Below, piece after piece: positions 8,791 to 18,968 of a stretch of 64,000 nucleotides of DNA. Position numbers and translations under genes: made by a program. Position 1 is the stretch's first letter, and every line of letters begins with the position of its first letter. Source of the DNA: an uncultured Victivallales bacterium (GTDB lineage: Bacteria; Verrucomicrobiota; Kiritimatiellia; UBA8416; CAYSRM01); contig CAYSRM010000001.1 in NCBI GenBank assembly GCA_964433435.1, positions 1,941 through 65,940 on the forward strand, in the 5' to 3' direction. The notes below the pieces were generated by a model. The model ran no database searches. It saw nothing but the letters and a program-made list of their open reading frames with translations, and was not told the origin of the DNA.

Positions 8791-10059
8791 ATGGGTAATG
8801 TAATTGACGAACTGAAATGGCGAGGCCTGCTCGAAGAATTCAGCAGCGAAGAAATCGCAGACAGGCTTGATTCGCCGGTTACGGTATATGCCGGATTTGA
8901 TCCGACCAGTGACAGTCTTCAGGTTGGCAACTATGTGACGATCAAGGTTCTCTCGCATTTTCAGCAGCATGGCCACAAGGTTATTGCTTTGGTGGGCGGG
9001 GCAACCGGATTGATTGGCGATCCTTCTGGAAAGAGTTCTGAACGTGTTTTTCTTTCTCCTGAACAGATCCGAAAGAACGTGGAAGGTATACGTGAGAACC
9101 TTGCAAGGTTGATTGACTTTGATGATCCCCTGGCACCTGCCGTCATGGTTGACAATAACGAATGGCTCGGGGATTTCCGCATGATCGAATTTCTCCGGGA
9201 TGTGGGCAAGCATTTTCGGATGGGCGCTATGCTGGGAAAAGAGAGTGTTCGGGCGCGACTTAACAGTGAGGCTGGAATGAGTTTCGCAGAGTTCACCTAT
9301 CAGATTCTGCAGGCCTATGATTTTCTGAAGCTTTATGATAACTATAATTGTCTTATACAGCTTGGCGGTTCTGATCAGTGGGGTAACATTGTAGCCGGTA
9401 TAGATCTTGTGCGAAAGCTCAGGGGCTCGGAGGTATTTGGTGTTACTATGCCCCTGGTGTGCGACAGTGCAGGCAGAAAATTCGGCAAGAGCGAGGGTAA
9501 TGCTATATACCTTGCCTCAGACAAGACATCTTACTACGACTTTTACCAGTTTTTTGTGAGAACAGATGATGCGGATGTTATCCGGTTTCTGAAGATATTC
9601 ACTTTTCTTTCTAAAGCCGAAATAGAAGAGCTTGAAAGCGGTCTTAAGGCTGAACCGGAGAAACGGGAGGCTCAGAAGCGTCTGGCCGTGGAGATGACCC
9701 GTATAATGCACGGTGAGAAAGGCTTGAGAGCCGCACAGCAGGCGACGGATGTATTATTCGGGAGTTCGATGAAGGGGTTGAATGCTGATGAATTGCTGAG
9801 CATTTTTTCGCATGTGCAGTCTCAGAAGCTGTCCGCGGACCGGGTTGCCGGGTCGTCCGTGATTGATGTTGCCGCGGAGTCGGGATTCTGTAAGAGCAAG
9901 GGCCAGGCAAGAAGGCTTATATCAAGCGGCGGTTTTTACATTAACAATGAAAAAGTCGAATCGATAGATGCAAAGCTTGATGCGTCGGATGTAATAGACG
10001 ATCGCATTGTTGTTTTCCGGTCCGGGAAGAAGAATTTCTTTCTTGTTCATGTCACCTGA
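8791..10059 (+). CDS. tyrS: Tyrosine--tRNA ligase
   Basis: Class I motifs (…VYAGFDPTSDSLQVGNY… and KFGKS) and a C-terminal S4-like domain. Start moved to the ATG at 8791, because the listed ORF (8719) would translate the terminator hairpin. AGGAG lies 8 nt upstream. Confidence 0.93.
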   Translation: MGNVIDELKWRGLLEEFSSEEIADRLDSPVTVYAGFDPTSDSLQVGNYVTIKVLSHFQQHGHKVIALVGGATGLIGDPSGKSSERVFLSPEQIRKNVEGIRENLARLIDFDDPLAPAVMVDNNEWLGDFRMIEFLRDVGKHFRMGAMLGKESVRARLNSEAGMSFAEFTYQILQAYDFLKLYDNYNCLIQLGGSDQWGNIVAGIDLVRKLRGSEVFGVTMPLVCDSAGRKFGKSEGNAIYLASDKTSYYDFYQFFVRTDDADVIRFLKIFTFLSKAEIEELESGLKAEPEKREAQKRLAVEMTRIMHGEKGLRAAQQATDVLFGSSMKGLNADELLSIFSHVQSQKLSADRVAGSSVIDVAAESGFCKSKGQARRLISSGGFYINNEKVESIDAKLDASDVIDDRIVVFRSGKKNFFLVHVT

Positions 10060-10075
10060 CTATTGGCATCTTATA

Positions 10076-10094
10076 GGAACATCCGCCGTGTTCC
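10076..10094. promoter_or_regulatory. Palindrome GGAACA-N7-TGTTCC between tyrS and uvrA. Candidate operator (SOS-type?) or tyrS 3' stem-loop
   Basis: Read directly: ggaaca tccgccg tgttcc, 17 nt after the tyrS stop and about 180 nt before uvrA. Confidence 0.35.
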
Positions 10095-10273
10095 GGCGAG
10101 TTGGCTGTGGATTACACTCAAGCAGCAGTGTCTTGTATCCGGGGCAAACCCGGAGTGCGAATAGAGCAGGCTGATTTCGAGTTATGAATAAGGTACACAA
10201 GGTTGTGTCTTATTGATACAATTCTCAAAAGGCGCGCTTACCTGATTGGTTTTTTCAACATTCTGGAGATAAG

Positions 10274-13117
10274 ATGAGCGAGAGCAGCATTCTTGTTGCG
10301 GGTGCCAGAGAACACAATCTGAGGAACATTACTGTAGAAATTCCACGCAGCCGCATGACGGTAATTACGGGGCTCAGCGGTTCAGGAAAGTCCTCTCTGG
10401 CTTTTGACACTCTTTATGCGGAAGGTCAGCGGAAGTATGTGGAGAGTCTTTCCGCATATGCGCGGCAGTTTCTGAACCAGCTTCAGAAACCAGATGTGGA
10501 TCATATTCGCGGGCTTTCGCCTGCCATTGCCATTGAGCAGCGTACTGCGGGGACCAATCCGCGTTCTATTGTGGCCACTTCCACTGAAATTCACGATTAT
10601 CTCAGACTTCTTTTCTCGGCTATAGGCAAGCAGCATTGCCCTGTTTGCGGGCGTCTGGTTGGAAGGCAGAGTGTGGACCAGATAGTGAACTTGCTTGCTT
10701 CGTTACCGGACCGGTCCCGCCTTTTTCTTCTTGCCCCGGTGGTTGTCGGCAAAAAGGGCCGGCACGAATCTCTTATTGAGGGTATTAAGAAGCAGGGTTT
10801 TGTTCGTGTTCGTATTAACGGTGAGATTTACGAGGTTGAAGAGGCGCCGGCGCTGGCAAAAAACAGAAAGCATACAATAGAGATAGTTGTTGATCGCATG
10901 ATTGTCACCAGCAGGATAAGGCCCAGGCTTACTGACTCTGTGGAGCTTGCCTTGAAGCATGGCAACGGCACAATGAAGGTTCTCAGTGAAAAATCCAAGG
11001 GCAAGTGGGATGAGTTCTTTTATTCAGAAAAGCATGCCTGTCCGGTTTGCGGGATCAGTTTTGAAGAGTTCAGCCCCCGCCACTTTTCTTTCAACAGTCC
11101 TTACGGAGCCTGTCCGGGTTGTTCAGGTATTGGCGCGCAGCTTGTATTTGATGAGGATCTGATTGTTCCAGATCCGTCTATTTCTATAGATGACGGGGCT
11201 ATAACGGCGTGGCGCCGTGGCGGCCGCAGGCTGATAATTTACTACAAGCGTCTGCTGAGGTCGTTGTCAAAGCATTACGGGTTCAGCACATCGACCCCGT
11301 ACAAAAAGCTGAGTCCACGCATCCGGAAAATAATAATGTATGGTTCCGGTGACGAAGAGGTTGAGCAGGGGTTCTGGCGTTCCGGGTCTTACAGGAGGCG
11401 CAAGAAGCCATTTGAGGGGGTGATTCCGAATCTTCAGAGGCGGTACGATACCACAGACAGCGACTACACCCGGCAGCGTCTGCGACGTTACATGAGCCGT
11501 CAGCATTGTCCTGAATGTAAAGGAAAGCGGCTTAAGCCAGAGGTGCTCGCGTGTACTATCAACGGGAAGTCAATTCATGATGTGGCTGTACTTTCGATCA
11601 AGCATGCGGCGGTTTTTTTTGCGGCTTTGAAGCTTAACCGGCAGGAGGATGAGATTGCGCGCGAGTTACTCAAGGAGATACGGGCGCGGCTGGGGTTTCT
11701 GAAGGAGGTAGGTCTGGGTTATCTGACCCTGGACCGGGAAAGCGGGACCCTTTCCGGTGGCGAGGCGCAGCGCATCAGGCTGGCTACACAGATTGGGTCG
11801 GGGCTGGTTGGTGTGTTGTATGTTCTTGACGAGCCGACGATAGGTTTACACAGGAGGGATAATGCCCGGTTGATCAAAATGTTGAAGCGGCTTCGTGATC
11901 TGGGCAACACTGTAGTGCTTGTTGAGCATGACGATCTTACCATAAAGGAAGCCGATCATATTATAGATCTTGGTCCCGGCGCTGGACGGCATGGTGGCAG
12001 GGTGATATTTGAGGGCACTGTATCGGAGTTGATGAAAAGCCGGGATTCGCTGACCGCCAAATATTTAAACGGTGAGATAGAGGTGTCTGTGCCGGGGAAA
12101 CGCCGCAAGCGGGGCAGGAAGGCCCTCAGGGTTCTTGGGGCAAGGGAGAACAATCTCAAGAACATAGATGTTTCTTTTCCTGTTGGAGTTCTAACCTGTG
12201 TTACCGGGGTTTCCGGCAGCGGCAAGAGCACGTTGGTGGATGAAATTCTCAGGAGGGCGTTATTCAGGAAGTTTTACGGTTCAAAAGAGCGTCCCGGCCT
12301 TCACAGGCGCATTACCGGCACTGGGAATTTCGACAAGGTTATAGTTATCGATCAGTCTCCGATCGGCCGGACACCCAGAAGTAATCCTGCGACCTACACC
12401 GGCGCATTTGGCGAAATCAGAAAACTTTTTGCTTCGACCCGTTCATCGAAGGTGCGCGGATACGGTCCGGGAAGGTTCAGTTTTAATGTTAAGGGTGGCA
12501 GGTGTGAAGCCTGTAAAGGGGACGGTCTGCTGCGGCTCGAGATGCATTTTCTTCCCGATGTTTATGTTACCTGTGAGCAGTGTGGCGGAGAAAGGTACAA
12601 CAGTGAGACACTGGAAATAGACTACAAAGGCATGAATATAGCCCAGGTGTTATCGATGACCATTGATGATGCGCTTGATTTTTTTGGTAAGATTCCTGCC
12701 GTACAGCGCCGGTTCAAGACCTTGTCCGAAGTTGGACTGGGCTACCTGCAACTCGGGCAGCCTGCGACTCAATTGTCCGGCGGGGAGGCGCAGCGTGTAA
12801 AACTGGCTACTGAGTTGAGCAAGATGTCGACTGGAAGCACTCTGTACATGCTTGATGAGCCCACCACAGGACTGCATTTTGCTGACACGCATCGACTGCT
12901 GGATGTTCTTGGGCGTTTACGAGACGCTGGAAATACGGTAATAGTTATAGAGCATAATCCGGACGTTATCAAATATGCCGATCATATTATTGATTTAGGT
13001 CCGGAAGGCGGGGACAACGGGGGTCGTGTTGTTGTAGCCGGTTCGCCCGAGGAGGTTGCTGAAAGCATGGAATCGCACACCGGGAAAGTGCTCAGGGAGA
13101 TATTTGTAAAGACATGA
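10274..13117 (+). CDS. uvrA: Excinuclease ABC subunit A
   Basis: Two ABC ATPase modules ([11 protein letters not shown] / [10 protein letters not shown]), zinc-finger Cys clusters, LSGGE signature motifs. 947 aa. Confidence 0.97.
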   Translation: MSESSILVAGAREHNLRNITVEIPRSRMTVITGLSGSGKSSLAFDTLYAEGQRKYVESLSAYARQFLNQLQKPDVDHIRGLSPAIAIEQRTAGTNPRSIVATSTEIHDYLRLLFSAIGKQHCPVCGRLVGRQSVDQIVNLLASLPDRSRLFLLAPVVVGKKGRHESLIEGIKKQGFVRVRINGEIYEVEEAPALAKNRKHTIEIVVDRMIVTSRIRPRLTDSVELALKHGNGTMKVLSEKSKGKWDEFFYSEKHACPVCGISFEEFSPRHFSFNSPYGACPGCSGIGAQLVFDEDLIVPDPSISIDDGAITAWRRGGRRLIIYYKRLLRSLSKHYGFSTSTPYKKLSPRIRKIIMYGSGDEEVEQGFWRSGSYRRRKKPFEGVIPNLQRRYDTTDSDYTRQRLRRYMSRQHCPECKGKRLKPEVLACTINGKSIHDVAVLSIKHAAVFFAALKLNRQEDEIARELLKEIRARLGFLKEVGLGYLTLDRESGTLSGGEAQRIRLATQIGSGLVGVLYVLDEPTIGLHRRDNARLIKMLKRLRDLGNTVVLVEHDDLTIKEADHIIDLGPGAGRHGGRVIFEGTVSELMKSRDSLTAKYLNGEIEVSVPGKRRKRGRKALRVLGARENNLKNIDVSFPVGVLTCVTGVSGSGKSTLVDEILRRALFRKFYGSKERPGLHRRITGTGNFDKVIVIDQSPIGRTPRSNPATYTGAFGEIRKLFASTRSSKVRGYGPGRFSFNVKGGRCEACKGDGLLRLEMHFLPDVYVTCEQCGGERYNSETLEIDYKGMNIAQVLSMTIDDALDFFGKIPAVQRRFKTLSEVGLGYLQLGQPATQLSGGEAQRVKLATELSKMSTGSTLYMLDEPTTGLHFADTHRLLDVLGRLRDAGNTVIVIEHNPDVIKYADHIIDLGPEGGDNGGRVVVAGSPEEVAESMESHTGKVLREIFVKT

Positions 13118-15768
13118 GACGCATATCAGAAACATTTGCGCCCTTTCCGGCGTGTTCATCGGCGCTGATCCGGATAATCGGTGTATGGTGTTTTGCTGCA
13201 CAGTTTTCTGTTTTGGCCGTTAAGGCTGTGGAACGGGAAGGCGGAGAACCCGTTTCTCCGGAAGCGGCCGCAGAGAGCGACGATGTTTCCGTCCGGATGA
13301 AGCACATCAGGGCCGCGGTTCAAGATAATCTTTTCGACCTTTCTTTGCGGATGCTTGAGCGTGCTTTTCGTGAAAAGGCTTTGAGCGAGAAGGATAGACA
13401 GGAGGCGGTTATCCTGTTGATGCAATCGTTTTACGAGCAGGGCCGTTACGAGGAGCTCATCGAGACACTGAAATCCAGGGAGTATCGGGCTTATTTTGAT
13501 GATGAGGCTGAATATAAGTTCTGGATGGCAATGGCACATTACAAGCTGGGCGATTGTTCCATGGCGTTATCGCTGACGGAGGATTTTAGCGAATCCTATC
13601 CGGAGAGCCGCCGCCATGGAGATGTTATTCGTTTAAAATCGTGGTGTTACCTGAAGCAGGACCGTAGAGAAAAGGCTGTACAGACCTTTGCAAACTATGC
13701 CAGCGGTTTCAAGGAGGACTCGGACTACAGCGCTGACATGCTGGAATGGGCCAAAATGTTGATTGAAACAGACATGAAAGAGCCGGCCAGGCGGATCCTT
13801 TCCATGATTCAGGAATCTGGGTCTACCGGATGTGCTGTCTATGAGGGCAAGTACTGGTTGAGCAAAATATTAATTGACGAGGGAGAACTTGCCAAAGCGT
13901 CGGAATATCTGGATCAGGTGGCTACTGACGATGTTGCCGGAAGAGACATTCGGGCCATGGCCTTGTATTCGAAAGCGATTATTCACGGGATCAGGGCCGA
14001 AAACGAGAAGGCTGAACGGGCTTTGCGGGAGGGGAACAAGCTTGCGCGGGATGAGGATCTCAAGAGGAAGGGGCATTATGAACTGGGAGCCATGTTGCTT
14101 CGTCTGAACCGGGTTGAGGAAGCTACGCCGCTGCTGCGCGCCTACATTTCGGCCTATCCGGAGAAAGAGATGTCACGAATTACACAGCTTGAGTTAGCCA
14201 ATGCCCTGGCTTCTGATGGTAAGAATAAAGATGCTGTTGACGAGTTCACCACATATCTTGAAACATTCACCAATACTGTCGGCCGCGCCCGCGCCTATGA
14301 AGGCAAGGGGTGGTCTTTGCTGGAGATGGGACGCCAGGGAGAAGCGGCAACGTCTTTCGAGAAAGCCTCCGGGATTTATACTCAAAGGCAGGACAAGGCC
14401 CGGTGTGTGTTTAAGATGAGCGACTCATACATGGCAAACGGCCAGTATGAGCTTGCGTGCGAGGGTTATTCCCGGATCATGGATGAATTCCCTGGCAGCG
14501 AACTTGAACCACGTGCCCGATTCCAGATTGCCCAGGCACTGTTCATGGAGGGGCAGGTCAAAGAGGCGGAGGAGGCATTTCGCATTCTTGTTGAGAAATT
14601 TCCTGAGCATCATGTTGCTGCAGAAGCCTCTTTGAGGCTGCCTGAATTGAAACTGAGAATTGCCAGAAAGGCCGAGGAAGAAGGCCGAAGCGCTGATGCG
14701 ACCAGGGGTTATAATGAAGCTATCGAGGGCTTTGAGGCTTTTATGAACTCTTACACCAATAAATCTCTTTATGCCGCTGCATTGCACGGTCGGGGGGTTG
14801 CGAGATACAGGCTCTTCTGGTTCAGGAAGGCGCTCGATGATTTTGAGAGAGTAGTTGCTGATTTTCCTGATCGGGATGTTGTGGAGCAATCATTTTACAT
14901 GCGTGGCATGTGCTGGTACGGGATGGTGCAGGATGAAAAGGCGTTGAATGTATGGCATGAGTTTGTAGAGAAATATCCCGAATCTGTGCATGGTCCCGAG
15001 GTATTATTCTGGGCGGCGAAGGCGGAGTATAACAGAGGGGATTTCCAGGAAGCTCAGGAGGATTTTGTGAAGATTGCCGAAAAGTACGGCAGATCGGTGC
15101 TGGCCGATGACGCCTTGTTATGGGCGGGGCGTGCGGCGGTGGAGGAACAGGAATTTGTGAGGGCCAATGAACTTCTGACCCGGTTGATCAAGGAATATCC
15201 GGAGAGCCGACGGGTTGCAGAGGCCAGATTTGAGCAGGCGGACACCCTGTCCGCGCTCGGGGAATTTGGTGATGCGATTCTGGTCTTTGATGAAATCATA
15301 AACAAGTTTCCCGAGAGCGAGCTGCTTCCCGCTGCCTGGGGCCGGAAAGGAGATTGTCAATTTACGCTTGGGGGTAAGAATCCGAAGCGCTATGAAGAAA
15401 GTATTGAGTCTTTTCGGGTTGCGGCCAATAGTCCGGGTGCAAACCGGGGTCTGGTGTTGCAGGCCGAATACAAAATTGGACGCAGTCTTGAGAAACTCGG
15501 GTTTAAGGGAAAAGCCTTTGAACAATATTATTTAAAGGTTATTCTTCCTTATCTTGAAGAACGTGAAAATGGGGTATGGCACGGGGAGTCGCCCAAAGTG
15601 TGGTTTTCCCGGGCAGCCTTCAACGCTGCGGAGATACTTGAGGAAGAGGAGCAGTGGCAGCGTGCGATATCGGTGCTTGAGCGGGTTGTAGATGCAGGTG
15701 TCCCTACGGCAGATGATGCGCAGAAGAGAATTCAAGAAATTAAAGACAAGCACTGGTGGCTTTTCTAA
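13114..15768 (+). CDS. Large TPR-repeat protein; probably secreted or periplasmic
   Basis: Many TPR-like helical repeats (A..Y..G.....) across 884 aa. N-terminal hydrophobic segment. Start overlaps the uvrA stop by 4 nt. Sits upstream of exbB/exbD/tonB-like. Confidence 0.65.
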   Translation: MRRISETFAPFPACSSALIRIIGVWCFAAQFSVLAVKAVEREGGEPVSPEAAAESDDVSVRMKHIRAAVQDNLFDLSLRMLERAFREKALSEKDRQEAVILLMQSFYEQGRYEELIETLKSREYRAYFDDEAEYKFWMAMAHYKLGDCSMALSLTEDFSESYPESRRHGDVIRLKSWCYLKQDRREKAVQTFANYASGFKEDSDYSADMLEWAKMLIETDMKEPARRILSMIQESGSTGCAVYEGKYWLSKILIDEGELAKASEYLDQVATDDVAGRDIRAMALYSKAIIHGIRAENEKAERALREGNKLARDEDLKRKGHYELGAMLLRLNRVEEATPLLRAYISAYPEKEMSRITQLELANALASDGKNKDAVDEFTTYLETFTNTVGRARAYEGKGWSLLEMGRQGEAATSFEKASGIYTQRQDKARCVFKMSDSYMANGQYELACEGYSRIMDEFPGSELEPRARFQIAQALFMEGQVKEAEEAFRILVEKFPEHHVAAEASLRLPELKLRIARKAEEEGRSADATRGYNEAIEGFEAFMNSYTNKSLYAAALHGRGVARYRLFWFRKALDDFERVVADFPDRDVVEQSFYMRGMCWYGMVQDEKALNVWHEFVEKYPESVHGPEVLFWAAKAEYNRGDFQEAQEDFVKIAEKYGRSVLADDALLWAGRAAVEEQEFVRANELLTRLIKEYPESRRVAEARFEQADTLSALGEFGDAILVFDEIINKFPESELLPAAWGRKGDCQFTLGGKNPKRYEESIESFRVAANSPGANRGLVLQAEYKIGRSLEKLGFKGKAFEQYYLKVILPYLEERENGVWHGESPKVWFSRAAFNAAEILEEEEQWQRAISVLERVVDAGVPTADDAQKRIQEIKDKHWWLF

Positions 15769-15794
15769 AAGGGAGGTCGAAGGGAGCAGATCTG

Positions 15795-16433
15795 ATGTTT
15801 ATTGAAATGGTTAAACAGGGCGGGCCGGTGCTGTGGGTTATCATGGCTGCCGGCCTTCTGGCATTTATTGTTTTTCTTGAGAGGGCGCTTCATCTGCATC
15901 GCGCCAGGATCAAATCCGAAGATTTTCTCAAGGGTATCATGAATATTCTGAGTCGAGGGAATGTGACTGAGGCGCTGACCATATGCGAGGAGACTCCTGG
16001 ACCGGTGGCGTATCTTGTTAGGACTGCCATTCTGCATCGCAAGGACGACAAAGACGGCATTCGTTCGGCGTTGGATGACGCGAGCATGGCGGAGACTTCC
16101 CGTATGGAGCGGAGGCTGGTAGTTGTGGCAACAGTGGCGCAGATAGCGCCTTTGCTGGGGCTTCTGGGGACTGTGCTGGGTATAGTGGAGGCAGTATTGA
16201 TTATGCAGGCGCAGGCTCCGCTGATACATTCTGCGGATATACTTGGCGGTGTTTTCCGGGCGCTGATTTCAACCGCTGCCGGGCTTACTGTGGCGATCCC
16301 CTGTTATGCGGCGTTTAATCTCCTTATAGTTAAAATAGACAGGATTGTTCTTGATATGGAAAGGTGCGCTTCGGAGATTGTGGCTTTTATTACCGGTACT
16401 TTCGGGAACGGCTCGGGAGGGGAAGAGCAATGA
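15795..16433 (+). CDS. exbB: MotA/TolQ/ExbB-family proton channel
   Basis: Three TM helices plus a conserved C-terminal TolQ/ExbB segment (…IAPLLGLLGTVLGI…). Start chosen at the ATG at 15795 with an upstream GGGAG. Confidence 0.8.
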   Translation: MFIEMVKQGGPVLWVIMAAGLLAFIVFLERALHLHRARIKSEDFLKGIMNILSRGNVTEALTICEETPGPVAYLVRTAILHRKDDKDGIRSALDDASMAETSRMERRLVVVATVAQIAPLLGLLGTVLGIVEAVLIMQAQAPLIHSADILGGVFRALISTAAGLTVAIPCYAAFNLLIVKIDRIVLDMERCASEIVAFITGTFGNGSGGEEQ

Positions 16434-16945
16434 CCACTGCAGTCGCCAGATCGAATGGACGGTTTAACATAACAGGATTAAGGACGCGATTCTTTCCAAA
16501 GAGCCGGATTGGCCATGGCTTGGTAAGTGTTGCTCCCTGGCTTGATGTTTTACTTCTTTTGTTTTTCTTTGTTCTGTTGCAGTCAAGTTCGTCTTTTATT
16601 CTTCAGCCTGGGATTACAGTGGAGCTTCCGCGGGCTGAATTTACGGCTGGGTCTCATCCTGATTTGATTGCCGTTGTGCTTTATGTGGGAGGTGTTGGCG
16701 AAATGCCCGGGCAGGAGGTTCTTTTTTTTGATGACGAGCGTTTCGTGTTGGGCAATGAGGGCGAGATAGAGAGATTCAGAGATGTACTAGCGTCCAGAGC
16801 CAGGGGTGGAAAGAAAGTGGAGCTTGTTTTTGAGGCAGACAAGCGTGTCAAGCATGGCACCATGGTTAAACTGATGAACACGGCTATAGAAGTTGGGGTA
16901 GACAGGGTGAATTTCGCCCAGAAACCGGAGCCTGCGACACAATGA
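16430..16945 (+). CDS. exbD: ExbD/TolR-family biopolymer transport protein
   Basis: Single N-terminal TM helix followed by the ExbD fold. ATG at 16430 overlaps the exbB stop (ATGA). Confidence 0.72.
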   Translation: MTTAVARSNGRFNITGLRTRFFPKSRIGHGLVSVAPWLDVLLLLFFFVLLQSSSSFILQPGITVELPRAEFTAGSHPDLIAVVLYVGGVGEMPGQEVLFFDDERFVLGNEGEIERFRDVLASRARGGKKVELVFEADKRVKHGTMVKLMNTAIEVGVDRVNFAQKPEPATQ

Positions 16946-17658
16946 AAAGGCGTTTCTTCAAGCGAATTCCGGGGCGGGGCGGAGCATTGATGGGTATGCC
17001 GACGTTGTTGATTGCTGCGGGTTGGATCGGGCTATGGTTTCTTTGGCCTTCGGGTGCCTTGCCTGTGCGTATGGGGCCGAAGCGGTTGGTCAGCCCTGAC
17101 ATCAGGTATATCCAGATTGATTATAGTCGTGAACATATATACAAGGATCCCACGGCGATGTTGCTTCCGTTTCGCTATGGTTTTGTGCATGACACTGCGG
17201 AGGGCAGCTCTGTGCCTGAGCCTGTGGGTCTGCGACGGATCACCGAACCGCTCTACCTTGAAGATTCCGGCGCAAGCCGTGTTGCCATATCCAATGATAT
17301 ATGGGTTATAAAGCCTGAGAACACGCGGTTCGATTGTGGATTTGATACACCGTCTGTTTTTGAGCAGCAGGTTTCTTCTGAGATGAGGCTTAACGTGAGG
17401 GTTTCTCGTGGTCTGAAAGAGAGGGGGTTTACTATTTCTCCTGATGAATTTAATGAAATTCAAGGTGAGAGGGCCTGGTCTGCGGAGGCGACCGTGGAAG
17501 TTGGTTCTGCCGGGCGAGTTGAGCATGTTTTTCTTGAAAGGGCTCCAACTGCAGAGGGCCTGGGCGCCAGGTTGATCAGGATTCTCAGGAAGGCATATGT
17601 AAAGAAACCCGGGCCGGAAGCAACGGGCAGGGTAATTGTTAATTATGGTCCGAGGTAA
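16942..17658 (+). CDS. Membrane-anchored protein with a weak TonB-C-like terminal domain (divergent TonB candidate)
   Basis: N-terminal TM anchor. The C-terminal approximately 60 aa (…VEVGSAGRVEHVFLERAPTAEGLGARLIRILRKAYVKKPGPEATGRVIVNY) resembles a TonB C-terminal fold. Start overlaps the exbD stop. No Pro-rich linker. Confidence 0.4.
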   Translation: MKRRFFKRIPGRGGALMGMPTLLIAAGWIGLWFLWPSGALPVRMGPKRLVSPDIRYIQIDYSREHIYKDPTAMLLPFRYGFVHDTAEGSSVPEPVGLRRITEPLYLEDSGASRVAISNDIWVIKPENTRFDCGFDTPSVFEQQVSSEMRLNVRVSRGLKERGFTISPDEFNEIQGERAWSAEATVEVGSAGRVEHVFLERAPTAEGLGARLIRILRKAYVKKPGPEATGRVIVNYGPR

Positions 17659-17664
17659 ACTGTT

Positions 17665-18966
17665 GTGGGCAAAATACCGATAATCAGATGGAATTTGAAG
17701 AGCCGGTCCAAAGTTATGGATCGCCTTATTAATCGTGAAACAGTCAATTGCCGGGCGGAAGAAGCGGCGGACAGAATTCTGAAGGATGTTGCGCGCCGGG
17801 GCGATGTGGCGGTGTGCGAGTATGCTGCAAAATTTGACGGGGTTTCTCTTGAGCCGGGCCAGCTTGAGTTGCCGGAGGAACAGTTAAAGAATTCTAAAGG
17901 CGCAACCGGCGGTGATTTTCGTAAGGCTGCCAGGGCCGCACACGGCAGGATTCGGGAATTTTCCCGCGCCGGGATGCGGCCGGACTGGAGCATGAAGGGT
18001 GAAGCCGGGGAGCTGATGGGCGAGAAAATGACCCCTTTTGAGAGAGTGGGGATATATGTTCCCGGTGGGACAGCGCCGCTGGCTTCAACGGTTCTTATGA
18101 CAGTCACGCTGGCCAGGGTGGCGGGCGTTCGTGAGATTGTTGTTTGCACACCTTGTGATTCCGTCGGGCGAGTTGATCCGCATATAGTTTATGCCATGAA
18201 GATATGCGGCGCAACCGAGATTTACCGTGTTGGCGGTGTTCAGGCTATAGGCATGCTTGCATACGGGACGGAATCTGTCCGGAAGGTTCAGAAAATTGCA
18301 GGCCCCGGCAATGCCTACGTAACAGCCGCAAAACGTCAGGTATACGGGCATGTGGCTTTGGATCTTGTTGCCGGCCCCAGCGAAATTGCGATTCTTGCGG
18401 ATGATTCCGCTTCTGCTGCTCACGTTGCGGCTGATCTTCTTTCGCAGGCGGAGCATGGGACAGGAGAGGAAAAGGCGCTGCTTGTTACCGATTCGGAGGA
18501 GCTGGCGCACGCGGTCAGGCGGGAGCTGGCGGAGCAGAGCGCAACATTAACTCGAAGCGGGCCGGTGGCGAGAGTTATGGAGAATGGCATGGCAGTGGCG
18601 ATTGTAAAGAATATTGAGGATGGAATGGAATTGTGTAATCGTTTTGCTCCTGAGCACTTTGAGATTCAGGTGAAGAATTCTTCAAGGTGGCTTAAGCATG
18701 TGACTGCTGCAGGCGCTGTTTTTCTTGGCCGTTGGACTCCTGAAACCGTCGGTGATTTCATAGCGGGTCCGAGCCATGTGTTGCCTACCGGCGGGGCGGC
18801 ATCGAGTTTTTCGGGGCTGACCGTCGACGATTTTCGCCGTCGGACAAGTTTTGTGAAGTACACTCGCAAGGCGTTAAAGGAGGCCATGCCGCATCTTCAG
18901 GCTTTTTCCCGCGTGGAAGGCCTTGATGCCCATGGCCGTTCTGCTGAAATCAGGTTCGAGGACTAA
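17665..18966 (+). CDS. hisD: Histidinol dehydrogenase (GTG start as listed)
   Basis: Conserved HisD core (…IYVPGGTAPLASTVLM…, …SQAEHG…, …GDF.AGPSHVLPT…). Confidence 0.93.
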   Translation: MGKIPIIRWNLKSRSKVMDRLINRETVNCRAEEAADRILKDVARRGDVAVCEYAAKFDGVSLEPGQLELPEEQLKNSKGATGGDFRKAARAAHGRIREFSRAGMRPDWSMKGEAGELMGEKMTPFERVGIYVPGGTAPLASTVLMTVTLARVAGVREIVVCTPCDSVGRVDPHIVYAMKICGATEIYRVGGVQAIGMLAYGTESVRKVQKIAGPGNAYVTAAKRQVYGHVALDLVAGPSEIAILADDSASAAHVAADLLSQAEHGTGEEKALLVTDSEELAHAVRRELAEQSATLTRSGPVARVMENGMAVAIVKNIEDGMELCNRFAPEHFEIQVKNSSRWLKHVTAAGAVFLGRWTPETVGDFIAGPSHVLPTGGAASSFSGLTVDDFRRRTSFVKYTRKALKEAMPHLQAFSRVEGLDAHGRSAEIRFED

Positions 18967-18968
18967 GC

